From NCBI GenBank assembly GCA_013239625.1, contig MU056000.1:11421175-11485174 (forward strand): a stretch of 64,000 nt of DNA, read 5' to 3'. Source of the stretch: Lama guanicoe (lineage: Eukaryota). Numbering within the stretch: the stretch's first letter is position 1; every line of letters begins with the position of its first letter. A program made the position numbers and the translations under genes. Below the pieces are notes generated by a model. It did not search any database, had not been told where the DNA came from, and was given only the letters and a program-made list of their open reading frames with translations. Below are positions 41,460 through 53,996 of this stretch, one piece after another.

Positions 41460-42200
41460 TATAATTGGAGACCTGGGAGTCCTCCTTACTTCTCTTCCTA
41501 ATCTCTTATATCCCACCAGTCAAATCCTGTCCAGGTGATTCTACTCCCCTCGAACCTTCGGTCCATCCCCTCTCCTCTACCTGCCTGCCTGGATGCATGC
41601 TTCCTGAACCATCCTTACACCTGTCTCAACCCCGTCAAGCAGCCCCCTCCACACAACCAACCTCCAGAGGAATGTTTTCAACCTACAAGTCTAACCGTTC
41701 ATTTTCCTGCATAAAATCTCCAATTCCTCCTCATGGCATAGAGGAAGAAGTTCCTCTGCAGAGCATATATGGCCCTTCATGCACTGCTCTTTCTAGGTTC
41801 AAATCTCACCCTTTTCCTATGTAACCTCAGTGCTCCCTTCTTCGGAATCGGTTGCATTTCCCAAACACATCATGTCTGTGCACACTGTGATGCATGAGCA
41901 GTTCTTTGGCCTGCATGCCATCCCCTCCTCTGCCCCTTGCCCCCTCCCCAACAAACCTCTCGATGGATTTCTCATCGCTCAAGCCCCAGTCCAAGCATCC
42001 CCTAAGTAAAGCCTTTCCTGCCTGACCCCCGGTAAGCTGAGGATTTCCTCCCAGTTGTCCCAGTACAGGCAGGTAGAGTTGCTGGGTTCTGCAACTGGGT
42101 ACTTGTATATACCTGGATTCCTTTCTCTCGACCCACTCTCAGCGTTTAAGGGCAGAAATGAGGCATATCTTGTCTCTATACTTAATGATACTGTAATTAA
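41460..42200 (+). mobile_element. L2 fragment(s)
   Basis: acctgggagtc...tcaaatcctgtc...ccagaggaatgttttc...aagcctttcctg; pyrimidine-rich L2 body. Confidence 0.55.
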
Positions 42201-44534
42201 ATGAACAGAGGAGTGTCAACACCCTAAACAGTCCTCTTGATCTCTAAAAGGTTCAGACAAAGTTGTCATTGGTTAATACTCCAAACAAGCATTTAGGAAG
42301 CTGTAGTGCAGTGACTAAATCATGCTCATCAGTAAAAATGGGTTGGTTGGGAGCATTAAATGAGTTATTTCAGGTTAAGTCCTCACATGTGTGCTCTGCT
42401 GAACACCACGTAGTAAGCATTCAATAAATCATGATGGCTGTCATCGTTTTGGGACCGGCATTGTTGTTAACATGCTTGGAAGGCTGTAGCTGGTCTTCAT
42501 GGACTTGATCCTTTTATGTCCCAGAGAAGGTACAGATATCATCCCCAAAATAAGAGGAAGTGGTAATGAAGTGAAAGCTGAACCAAACCTGGAATTAATT
42601 GAAGAAACCCATACATTTGTTCAACCATTACTGTCCATCCCCTGTTGAGTAATATCCACACTCCTTACCCTGAGTGTCAAGGCAGGACCCCCAGCTCTGA
42701 CCTCAACGGACCACTCCTGTCTTAGTTTCCATGAAAATCCTTTGTGTTCCACCCAATAAACTCACCCTGCCCCCTCACCCGCCATGCTTTCTCGTCTCTT
42801 GAATTTGCGCGTGTTATTACCTTATACCAGCTGGGCTCCACATTTGTGTATCTAAATTGTTTCTCTCTTCCAAGAATCCCCATAGAGATATAACCACTTT
42901 CAAGACTTCTGATTCCCCAATGTCTAAATATTCATTTCATGCTGACATATCTACCGTAAATCTCTCATATAATTCATCAGTTGCTTGCTACGTCCTAGTC
43001 ATTTCTTACCATCCCTGCCAAAGCTGAAGCCTTAGATCAGGACCCGGTTTCCCTAGCCTGGCTGTACAAGCCGTAGACTCTCACTGGGTCTGAGATGTCT
43101 CATCTTTAAAAAATGAAGGTTACACTGGATGGTTTCTAAGGCTGTCTCCATGTCTGTAATGTATGGATGCATGCCCTAGTCATAGAGATTACCTACTGAG
43201 CCATGGAGCAGTTTTTGTTTTTGTTTTTTTCCAATCCAAACGTAGCAAATCTGCAAGAATTAAGGCTAAAGCTGACGTTAAAAATTACTGATCTAAAATA
43301 ATACAAGCCTATCAAAATTGTGTCTTTACCAAAACTGAGCTAAGTTAGTATTTCATTAAATTTGGGGCTCAATTTGAAAAACCAGGCAAATATTTCCCTG
43401 GAGCAAATACAATATCCTCCCCTGAGCACAACAGATTTTACTAGATTTTTTTTTTTTTTTTTAGAAAACTGGAACTAAGAGTTTAGGAACAGAGGTGGTC
43501 ATATGATCTTGAAAAACAAAGTGCCTTTACAGGCATCACAGATGGGCAACGTCTGCTGTGAACATACACAATTCAGCATAAAGCAAGATTACAGTCAGTG
43601 TAAAGAAAGAAACGCAAAACAAAGGACGATTTCAAAGCTACAAAGCCTTCTGCAAAGCCACGGAGCTCACTAGAGCAGTGTGGGCCGCCTCTGACAAGTG
43701 AAATCTCTGTTCTCCAGTGTCGGAGTTTATGCTTTACTCCTTCCTGAAATTCTTTGACTTGGTAGCACATGGCTTTTGAACCTCATTATTCCCAGGACCT
43801 GAATTTTATAGGAATTTCCTGGGCAGCCTGCCAGGAGTGGGAGGACAGTCCCCGTGAGCACTGTCATGTGGTTGCTTCGAAGCCTTAGCTATGATGTGAT
43901 GAGCCGAGGTGAGGAGCCGGAGGTGAGGCACCTGGATTTAGAGCTGCCAGAGGGATTCGAGGAAGAGCAGAGATAAGATGAAAACTATATATGCAGTCTA
44001 TGTAGTAGGATGAAATATATACATACATATACCTTTATTTTATAATGTATATTACCTATGCATACTATTCATTTATATTCGGATACTAAAAGTATCCTGT
44101 GCATATTTTAACAGTAATATATAGTCAACTGAAATATACAATGAAGTGAGGGTTTCATGTGTCATATAAAATGTATCATAACTATATAGTATATAGTATA
44201 AACATATCCATGTAAAATGTATATATGCACATATTCTTAGGGAAATGGGGCTAGAAACAATGTTCAGAGAGGCATCTAAAGATCTCTTCCTGGGCATTAA
44301 TTTCCTTATCTGTAGAATGGATTGTTTTAAAAATCAGGTAAAGAAATATTTCTAAAAGCACTTTGTAAACATCATAATACAACATAAATAAAAGGTATTA
44401 TAATAAGCTGTAAAGAAGGCAGTCGGTTTTTCAGTGGAGATGTACATCACCCCCAGCCCACGTCCTGAGGACATGTCCATGTTGGACGTTGGGTTATTCC
44501 ACCGGGTCTTCCTATAAAACACTGTGCGCTCTGT

Positions 44535-45105
44535 AATTCATTCATTCATTCATTCAACAAGTACTTAGCACCAGCTGTGAACCCAGTAGAGGGGATTCAG
44601 CAATGAACAGAGAGGCATCCCTTTTCTAGAAAGCTTACGTTCCAGAGTGAGGACAGCAAATCCATAAGTGAAGACATAAATGGATAATGCCACAGGCTGA
44701 TAAAGTGTGCTGAAAATAAACAGGAGTCTGGCAGTGGTACTAATTTATGCAGGGTGATTAGGGAAGAATTGTCCAATAAAGGCATGTTTGCTCAGAGACC
44801 TCAGAAGGTGGGGGTGGCTCATGGCACTATCCAGGGAAGCCCTGTCCAGTGCCCAGGCACTGAGGCAGGAGGGCACCTGAGTTGTCTGGGAGACCAGTGG
44901 GGTTGGAAGAGGGGTAAGAGATAAGATCAGAGGTCACAGGGCTGCAGGTCCTTAGAGGGTTAGACTTTAGATGGTACACCTGGAGTGAGATGGGTGCCAT
45001 CTGAAGGCTTCGAGCATAATTGGAGTTCTGTTTTCCAGGATCTCTCTGGCAGCTGAGAGGAGAATAGAGTGCAGGGCAGGGAAACTGGTGGAGAAGCTAG
45101 AGGAA
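44535..45105 (-). mobile_element. L2 element (host of the MIR887-orthologous segment)
   Basis: (attc)n aacaagtactt 3' end in reverse, followed by L2 body (tgctcagagacct; ccaggcactgaggcagga; gatctctctggcagctg). Confidence 0.75.
44942..45016 (+). other. Sequence orthologous to human pre-mir-887 (L2-derived); function as a miRNA not supported
   Basis: ctgcaggtccttagagggttagactttagatggtacacctggagtgagatgggtgccatctgaaggcttcg aligns by eye to recalled hsa-mir-887. It lies about 0.9 kb upstream of the FBXL7 last exon, matching the recalled human position. Confidence 0.65.
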
Positions 45106-45234
45106 TAATGCCGATGACACAGTAGTTCCTCCTTGACCAAAGAGGGTCAAATTGAATCCCTAAATGGTCACCTTGTTGGACTAATAACTATGTATATTTC
45201 TGATCCTTTTCAAAGTACGTCGGTATCCGTTATC

Positions 45235-45400
45235 TCCTTGCATCCTGTTATACCCCCAGAGCGCAGGCGTGCCAGCTGCTCGTTCCCATTTCAGAGGAAA
45301 GGCTTGACACTAGAAAATTTAAGCCTTCAGCCTGAGGTCATAAAAAGTGGAGCTGAACCACCGGCTTGGGACTGCCAAGCCAGTGCTCTTTCTGCCAAAC
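45235..45400 (-). mobile_element. MIR remnant
   Basis: cccatttcagaggaaag...cctgaggtcat...agtggagctg...ccaagccagtgctctttc. Confidence 0.55.
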
Positions 45401-45524
45401 CCAGGTCATGGCCAAGCCTTCTATCTCACATCTCACTGCTTTGGACCACAGAGCTACCAGACCACTGTAGGGTAAGAGCTGGCTTTTGCTGAGCTTCTGG
45501 AACTTTCCAGGGCCAAGGCAGGAT

Positions 45525-45690
45525 ATTTACACACATTGTCTCATTTCTCCCTTCACAGCTGCCTTTCAGGGAAGGTGATCCCCCTTGTTTTCAGACAAAG
45601 GAAGTACTCAGAAGGACTGATTTGCCCAGTGTCAGGCACCTAGTGATGGATCTGGACTTGGAATCATTGCCTTTCTGATTCTAAAGCCCC
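45525..45690 (-). mobile_element. MIR remnant
   Basis: ttttcagacaaaggaagtactcagaagg...tgatttgcccagtgtca...ctagt...tctgattctaaagccc. Confidence 0.6.
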
Positions 45691-45893
45691 CAAGACACCT
45701 AAACCCAAAGCAGTTAAATGATGAACGCAAAAACCCCAACCTTGCTTTCTCTATTGTAGGGGCGGAGAAGGGAAGGGGTAAAGTGGGGACCCGAATCCGG
45801 AGAGGGGTAGGAATCCGTAAAGGCGAGTTCCCCCGCCTCCCCATCCCCATCCTCGGAGGTCGCTCTGAGCCTGTGTTCTGTCTCTTTATGTAG

Positions 45894-46068
45894 GGTGCTC
45901 CAAAGTGACCTGCATCAGCTTGACCCGGGAGGCCTCCATTAACGCGGCGCACGCAGCTCACCCACCTGTACCTGCGCCGCTGCGTCCGCCTCACCGACGA
46001 GGGCCTGCGCTACCTGATGATCTACTGCACCTCCATCAAGGAGCTGAGCGTCAGCGACTGCCCTGCCG
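45894..46068 (+). CDS. FBXL7: FBXL7 last coding exon, 5' part (LRRs); apparent deletion and frameshift, truncated by assembly gap
   Basis: Acceptor ctgtctctttatgtag|GG continues the upstream exon phase: (G)CSKVTCISLTREASI. From 45951, in a different frame: TQLTHLYLRRCVRLTDEGLRYLMIYCTSIKELSVSDC. Confidence 0.92.
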
Positions 46069-47009
46069 NNNNNNNNNNNNNNNNNNNNNNNNNNNNNNNN
46101 NNNNNNNNNNNNNNNNNNNNNNNNNNNNNNNNNNNNNNNNNNNNNNNNNNNNNNNNNNNNNNNNNNNNNNNNNNNNNNNNNNNNNNNNNNNNNNNNNNNN
46201 NNNNNNNNNNNNNNNNNNNNNNNNNNNNNNNNNNNNNNNNNNNNNNNNNNNNNNNNNNNNNNNNNNNNNNNNNNNNNNNNNNNNNNNNNNNNNNNNNNNN
46301 NNNNNNNNNNNNNNNNNNNNNNNNNNNNNNNNNNNNNNNNNNNNNNNNNNNNNNNNNNNNNNNNNNNNNNNNNNNNNNNNNNNNNNNNNNNNNNNNNNNN
46401 NNNNNNNNNNNNNNNNNNNNNNNNNNNNNNNNNNNNNNNNNNNNNNNNNNNNNNNNNNNNNNNNNNNNNNNNNNNNNNNNNNNNNNNNNNNNNNNNNNNN
46501 NNNNNNNNNNNNNNNNNNNNNNNNNNNNNNNNNNNNNNNNNNNNNNNNNNNNNNNNNNNNNNNNNNNNNNNNNNNNNNNNNNNNNNNNNNNNNNNNNNNN
46601 NNNNNNNNNNNNNNNNNNNNNNNNNNNNNNNNNNNNNNNNNNNNNNNNNNNNNNNNNNNNNNNNNNNNNNNNNNNNNNNNNNNNNNNNNNNNNNNNNNNN
46701 NNNNNNNNNNNNNNNNNNNNNNNNNNNNNNNNNNNNNNNNNNNNNNNNNNNNNNNNNNNNNNNNNNNNNNNNNNNNNNNNNNNNNNNNNNNNNNNNNNNN
46801 NNNNNNNNNNNNNNNNNNNNNNNNNNNNNNNNNNNNNNNNNNNNNNNNNNNNNNNNNNNNNNNNNNNNNNNNNNNNNNNNNNNNNNNNNNNNNNNNNNNN
46901 NNNNNNNNNNNNNNNNNNNNNNNNNNNNNNNNNNNNNNNNNNNNNNNNNNNNNNNNNNNNNNNNNNNNNNNNNNNNNNNNNNNNNNNNNNNNNNNNNNNN
47001 NNNNNNNNN
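46069..47009. other. Assembly gap (941 N), expected to contain the rest of the FBXL7 CDS, the stop codon and the proximal 3' UTR
   Basis: N run read directly. The content is inferred from recalled FBXL7 length (about 470 coding nt still missing). Confidence 0.95.
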
Positions 47010-48865
47010 CTCTTTGGCATAGAGCACAGGAGGCATCCTCCTCTTCAAAGGGTATTGATTCTGCGGATGCTTTCAGGAGAAGTGTCAACACCAGTGTCCT
47101 GTGTGTCCTTCACTCCAATCTGAGTTTGTTTTGGTGGGTGAGTCTCTTCTCCTGCCCCCACTAGATGGATGGTTTTAATACACAAATGCTTTCGGCATCA
47201 CCCCAGCCCACATCATCGTGCGGCGGCAATAGAATTCCTAACCACAGCAAAACCCACATCCCTCAGTCAAAGTTGATCTTTTGGAGGTTTTTTGTTTTTT
47301 GTTTTTTGTTTTTTTCAAATAGAAGGAAAGACCCTTACAGTTTTTAATTAACAAGTGAGGCCCAAGGGAGCACATGTCCTCTAGGGCTTTCCTAATCCCT
47401 CTCACCGCACACGTGGCGCACGAGCACATCTGCCCTGCAGCTGGCAGGAACAGATGCCTCGGTTCTTTGTCATTCAGATCACATTTCTACTTTCCTCACC
47501 TATTTATTTCTCTGTGCATCCGAACTTCATCACATGAAGCCTGTTGGGGTTAAGTCGTCAGTGTTGCCTTGTGTGGCTTGCCACCTTGTGTGACTGCGTG
47601 TCCTCTGTCAAAGATGCAAAGCAGACTTCCAGGTAGTTTAAATATTGTTCCCTCAAAAGTGCCACATGAACGGAAGTGGGAACACATTGATAAGACTTAG
47701 GCGCTGGTCCAGGCCCTGGGAATAGAACATCAATATCACTGCCAAGGAAGAGTTTTAAATGGCCCTGTTTGGATAGAAATCCATTTGCTAGCCTCATGCA
47801 TGTAAAGTCAGGATGCCAGAAGAAACTCCATTGCTCACGTTCATGAAATTTAATTGTCTTTTGTTAATAAGCCTGTGACCTCTCTTAAATTATTCTCTGG
47901 CAACACCCGTCCTTCATCACTGTTCAAACAGTTCATCCATTTTTGTCTCAAAGGATCCATCCACACCCAGAACCTCTGTTTCTCCAAGCCTAGCATGTGG
48001 AATTGGTTCCAGATCAAGCCTACGCATCACTTAACAACTGCCCTCCCGCTGTTGGCGCCTTGCGTGCCTTTATGTTACGTTGGGAAGGAGGAGATAGGAT
48101 GAAGTGGTATCACATGAAATATGCCTCCTCTCCAGTCAACTCCATCAGCAATTGAGAGGCGCAGTCAAGACCGTGTGTCATGAGGGAAAAGGAATTGTTT
48201 GGCTGGGGAAGGTGCCTGGTCACACGGTTTAGAACCATGAAAGGGGTTGAAGGTAGCACTCCCTTGCTCTGTGATTTGTGATCCTGTTTAACAGCTCGGA
48301 GTTTGAAACTCAGAAAGGATTATCCCTAACCCTTGGCCCTGGGACCTTCCAAGTGAACTGGTTTAACACTCCTGGAATGAAGGCAGAGATGCAAAATGGC
48401 TCTGGGAACCAGAGAAGAGGGGTGGGGGTCCTATTCCAAATATCTGTCTGTATCACCAGTCCCTGACCACATCACCTAGACTGTCTTCCAAACATGAGAC
48501 GAAGCTGACTTGCACACTGGTTGCCCAGCACACACTGTCTTTCCCAGTTTCTCCCTTTCCCCCGGTCTTCTCTTCATCCTTTCTGCTTCCCCTTGTTGTG
48601 TGAACCTATGACAGAGGTTACTAGGGGAAACAGCTCAGCAGATTTTGAGAGACCAAGCAAAAAAGCCTCACTAGGAAATTTATCTGTTTTTAAACATTGC
48701 TTCCTTTCTGCCTCTGCTAAATTGAATGCTCATTGTTTTTTTTGTTGTTGTTTTTTTGTTTTTTTGTTTTAAATTCTAATGTTCAAATCACTGCGTGCTG
48801 TATGACTCTAGAAAGCCTTAATTTACTACCACCAAGAAATAAAGCAATATGTTGGTAATTGGGTT
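47010..48865 (+). other. FBXL7: FBXL7 3' UTR (distal part)
   Basis: Unique sequence without obvious transposons, downstream of the last exon, with U-rich tracts (47288-47315, 48734-48770) and ending at a poly(A) signal. Cleavage site approximate. Confidence 0.7.
48838..48843 (+). terminator. Polyadenylation signal AATAAA
   Basis: accaagaAATAAAgcaatatgttgg, preceded by a U-rich tract and a TGTA (CFIm-type) motif at ~48799. Confidence 0.7.
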
Positions 48866-51800
48866 AAGCCTCCTTTAATATCCTGGCCAGAAGAGCATGG
48901 TGTTCAGATGGGGACATTCAACGAGTGAGAAAAACTTGCCTCGCGTTGAGGTGGAGACCAAGTGTGGTCACTGCAGCTCTTGTCTCTTTAAGGTTGCGTC
49001 CATCGTTTTGTCATTTTCTTTAGCTCATTGTCTGTGGCTGAAAATTAGCAAGTAAGTGAAAAAAATCATTACCCTCCCAGTTTAGTTCAGGTCTTCAATT
49101 CCCTAAGCTTACCTTGAAGCCAGGCATATTTTGGAATTTATAATTTTTCACATTTTAGGAAGTCATCTGTGGTATATTCTGCAACATCCCTAGTAGAGTC
49201 TGGGACAGCACCCTTAATCAAGCCTGTTAATTTTTCTACAGCAGTACATATGAACAGTCACACTGCATAATTTTATTATAGGCTATAGATAACCTTGCAT
49301 CTGTTTGGGTCAGGTTTTGTCACCAAATTAATCTGTGCCAAACCTAGTGAAAAAAACCTTTGATTTTTTTCAGAGCTTTCTAGATTTCAGAATTATAGAT
49401 GAGTAACTGTAGACCTGAATACACTTCCCCTGGCACTGGTTATAAACGTTGCAGACATTTTCAAAATTATGCTGACCATTGGTCGTTATAAATTTTTTTT
49501 AAGTCTTAAAACCTTAAAATTTGGAAGAAGAATATAGCAAGTTAGTCTAAAAGGAAAATTTATCAGTCAGTTAGAAAAGGGGAAATGCCAACTATCTCAT
49601 TACCCAAAGCTTAAGATCTGAGAAATCAATATGGCAGAAAGCAAGTCCTGATAGATGAATGGCAGAATTCATCTTTAGCAAGTGAAAAGGTTTTAAGGGA
49701 CATAGATTTTAAATGTAGTTGTTCTTATGCTTGCTCTCACCCTGTGTCAGCTACGTAATGACCCTCCCGTAAACCAATAAGTCTGTTGGCTGCCTTGGAA
49801 CATGAACTCGACGCAGCCCTATGCAGTTCCTGTCAAGATCCCAGAATAAGGTTAGCAGTAAATAAAATGCATTTCCCCTTGAGGTTCATGATCTCTTATA
49901 TTGACATTTGTTCAGAATTGGGAAAAAAAGTCTTTAAGAAGTTTGACATCCAAGAGTGCACAACATGAAACCAAAAAGTTGAGTATTTTCAAGGGGAAAA
50001 AATCACACAATGAAATTGCTTACCTTGTCTCAATTTTCACAGAAAAGTCGAAAAGTAGAGCATTTGTTCAATAGCTGACAATCACGATCAGTTCAGGGAG
50101 AAATTAATTTGCAGAAATGCTGAATAGACAGTAGAAGAGGGAGAGAGATTTAGAGACAACTTAAATATTGTGTGAAACAAAATTGATTTTCCTTTGGCGA
50201 GCTCTTGGTCAAATGGTTTCTTCTTTTTGATCCACACACCAGGACTAATGTTGCAGGAAGGAGAGGTGCAGGGGGAAAGTGGATGCCTGTCATCCATCAT
50301 CTGCCTGCAGTGGGCACTGATGCCACCACTGAGACTTACCTAAACACAGTGCCAGTCTGCCAAAGAGCAACTCAGGCATGTTTCATTGAGATGACTCCCA
50401 AGTGGGCAAAGTTGTTCACTTGAGGGAAGAAATGGTCTCATACACACTCAGATTGGGGACGCCCAGCCAGGAGTGCATCTAAGATGTGAATATTCCTCCT
50501 TTTGTCCTTGAGTGCATCACTCTTCTCAAGCCATGGGTCTGTTTTATAGACTCTTTTTTATTTTTTCCTCTCATGTCAACAGATCAACTTGCATTTAAAA
50601 TCATGTGAGATGAAGAGCATCTCCATTTGGGAGTTGGGTATGGCTCCATCCCTACCTGTCAACAGCACAGCTGTGGCATCTCCAGTACGGCTTGCCCAGG
50701 AAGTATCTACAGCTGGAATGCCAATAGCTGCATGGACCATCCAGGAAGGCTACGTTTAAGCTCTAAGTTGTTGCTCAGGGGTTGACCATCAACGTCATCC
50801 AGCTGTCAAAGGATGGCTTTGAAAGATCATTAAAAAATAAAATTAAGAAAAACTGACTTAAATGTTTCCAAATCTGATCATTTCTATATTGAATATTTCT
50901 CCATGCAGCCACTCAGCTACTGAATTTTACACTGATGAGATCAGCATGTCTGAATTCTATCCTGGCCAATGTGATGATCAACATATGATGGAAACTGAAT
51001 ATTCCCATCATTCTTCACTAACAGTGAATTCTCAAGAAGTGCCAATCATTTCTTCTGAAGGAGCAGATGGTACTCAGCTTCCCTCAACTCCTTTAACAAA
51101 AGTTTACTGACAAGGTACTATGATGAGTTCCAGGTGAATAAGATACAATATCCTTGCCCTAAAAGAACTCAGACTGAATAATTATAACAACATGCAAAGA
51201 GTTGGAAGGTCAAGAAGGGGATATAAAAAAGAATGTGGCAACATTCTTTCATTCATGCATCAAATAATTATTTTTTAAGAACTTAGTATATGCCAGCCAC
51301 TGTACTGGCACTGAGAGTCTTGCCCTGATGGAGTTTACCAAAGAATTGTTTTCATCATTATATGGAGAGAGGAATAAAGCTTAGGGACTTCTCTCAGGGA
51401 GAAGATCTTTGAGCTGGATTTTATAACTCAGACAAGGTGAACTTCACAAGCCATGATGCACTTGAACCTACAAAACAGCGTACATGGAGCCCACTTGGGG
51501 ACAAAATATTTGATCAGGTTGATGAAGCAATTTCTCTCTACCATAGATTAAGATTATCATAATATTAACTACACTAACTATAGGTTAACATTGTCATTGT
51601 CTTGAGTTAATGGAAATAGAAAGTTCTCTTTTGTTCTAACGTCGCCCCATAGGTTAATTCCTACATATGCATACATACTCTTTCTCACACACACATACAC
51701 ACACACAACATAATTTGTAAAAAAAAAAAAGGAAAATATTTCCCAAAAATAACCCTGAAACATAATTTATTGGACAATCTCTAAGAAACATCAAAGCCAT

Positions 51801-53996
51801 CTGACTGTCCTCCCAAACAGTATATGCAACAACAAACGGTCCAAACACAGCCATATGCCAGCAAAGTGGCCATCATGACTTCTCCATTATTTAGCTCAGG
51901 GAGAGGAAGTCAGCAGGTACTTCCAGCAGTAATCCTTGGATCCTGCAGCCAAGATGGGTGCTCTTTGGTACCATTCTAATCATTAGGCACTTATGGTGGG
52001 AACGGTCAAAATAACAAGTTTCTCAATGTACCATGACCTTTTATTAAAAACTTGTCTGTGTCAGTAATTTGCAGAATATTGGATGGTCCAAGAAAGATTG
52101 ATTGAGTAGCCATTAAAATTGTCAAGAAATGGATTTTACTTGTAAATGCACTGAGGACGGGTTCTTAGAAACCTCAAATTTTATCAGGGTTGTGAATATG
52201 AAGTTATCTGCCCATAGTAACAATTAACTAAACAATGAAATCCATTAGAATGTGGAAGAGTGATAGGAACGCTTTTAATTCCTGATTCAGTGCAGTCAGA
52301 GGCAATAATCCTCCCGGTTTTTCAGAGCCCCCAAAGGTCTCCCAAAGTCTGAGTAGGCTTATTAAGCCCATTTCCAGATGGACATGCAAAAGATAGAAAG
52401 AAAGATTTCTAACGACAAAGATTAACCAGTAACTGGTGGTCCCTTTTTCTCTAATCTTCTACCAACCACTAATGAACACACAGTCACCTTCTATAAATAA
52501 AACTTTAAAAAAAAATCCAACTTTTACATCCTGAATGTATTCTTCACGGATGTTTATATTTAGAATTTAAACAAATGTATCATGGTCTTTCTCTTTTATG
52601 AGAAAGCAGATAAAGGAACAAAACTGTCCCAACTGATAAATGGCCTCCTTCATTTTATCTCAAAGCCTTTCTTTTGGAGATGGAGACCAAAGCAGATATG
52701 GTTACCTTTGTGTAATTTTACATTTTTCATACTTTCCAGTACAAACTACACAAAAGCATTGAGTTTCAAACTGCAATTCCTCATTTTGCAATCCCACCCC
52801 CTAACAATGGAGAAACGTGAGAAATGTTAGGGGTTTTTTTTCATGCTCCTTTACCACTTAGTAAATCCCCTGAAGCGATCATTTTGCTGAACAGATCCTT
52901 GTCTTAGTAGAAGATGCAGGGAGGCAGAATTCCGACCATTTCTCTTGGTCTCATTAAAACCACACAGGCTGATATGGGATGTTGGACATAGTTGATCTAA
53001 ATGAATGACGTCTGTGAAGCACAGGCTTTCCATGAGCTAGTCGGACTATGAGACTCCAGCTGGGTCTCCTCTCTGTTCATAATTTTAAAACACCCAAAGA
53101 ATAATGACCATGGACGGGCTGGAAGTTTGGAGACTAAGAGGCTGTGGATTTAAAGAAAAAAGAGAGGAAAAAAAACCCTTCAAATAATGACCTCTCCCTC
53201 ACATAATGAAAACCAGTCTCCTCTGGATTTCCAAGCTGGCATTAATTCGCTGGTACCCTGACCTCAGAGCTCTCGTGTGTGCCATGTTTCTTTTAAAAAC
53301 AGTGCACACAGGAAAGCGATGGGAAATACAAACACTGCCACGAGAGGTCATTAGTCTCCGTGTAAAACTTGTGCATAATCCCACGTGCAGGGGGCAAGAT
53401 AACCTTGAAGGTGATCCCGTGCTGCGGTGTAAGGACTCTTTTCTTTTTCCAAGAAGAAAAGTCACACGTTCTCAGGTGCTGAGGGTCTCTCTTTCTTTAA
53501 CCTCCCTCACCCTAAATTCGTTGGCTTTGTGGCTTCAGGGCTCCAGTGTCTAATTCTTCACAGCCAATAGCTTGCTCTGGCCACGGAGCAAAGTGACCTT
53601 TCTTATCTGATGTTCTGATCAATGCCAAGTATTGCATCAGCAGCTCCACAGCGAAGTTCCCCTCCAGGGCTTGGGAACCCAATGTTCAACGTTAGGAGTT
53701 AGCTGGAATCCAAGAAAGGCTTTGGGAATATTTGGCTGAACGTCTCCTTTGGCTGAAACTAAAAACCACTTAGCTAATGCAACTTTTAGAACTTTTTCAA
53801 AGATTACTATTTCTTAATTCGAGTGAGAGAAATTTTATGTACTTCTCTCCTTTTGTTTTGTACCGCCCGTTGAGTTCTCTGTGGCAAAGAATGAAACACC
53901 AATTCAGGCTTGAGTCTTGTATTTTATCATTATTATTATTTCATAATTTTTTTTTTGGTTGCCTTAGGTGCGTTTGGCCACTCTTTTATTGCACAC

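Noticed and set aside
45894..46068. Calling FBXL7 a pseudogene
   Set aside because: The lesions cluster within about 130 nt of a gap in GC-rich sequence, while the upstream exon and splice sites are intact; misassembly is more parsimonious.
45905..47164. Long ORFs (332-419 aa) in several frames
   Set aside because: Artefacts of translating through 941 Ns.
49270..49420. Possible ancient Tigger-like DNA transposon end
   Set aside because: Resemblance is too weak to assign without a search.
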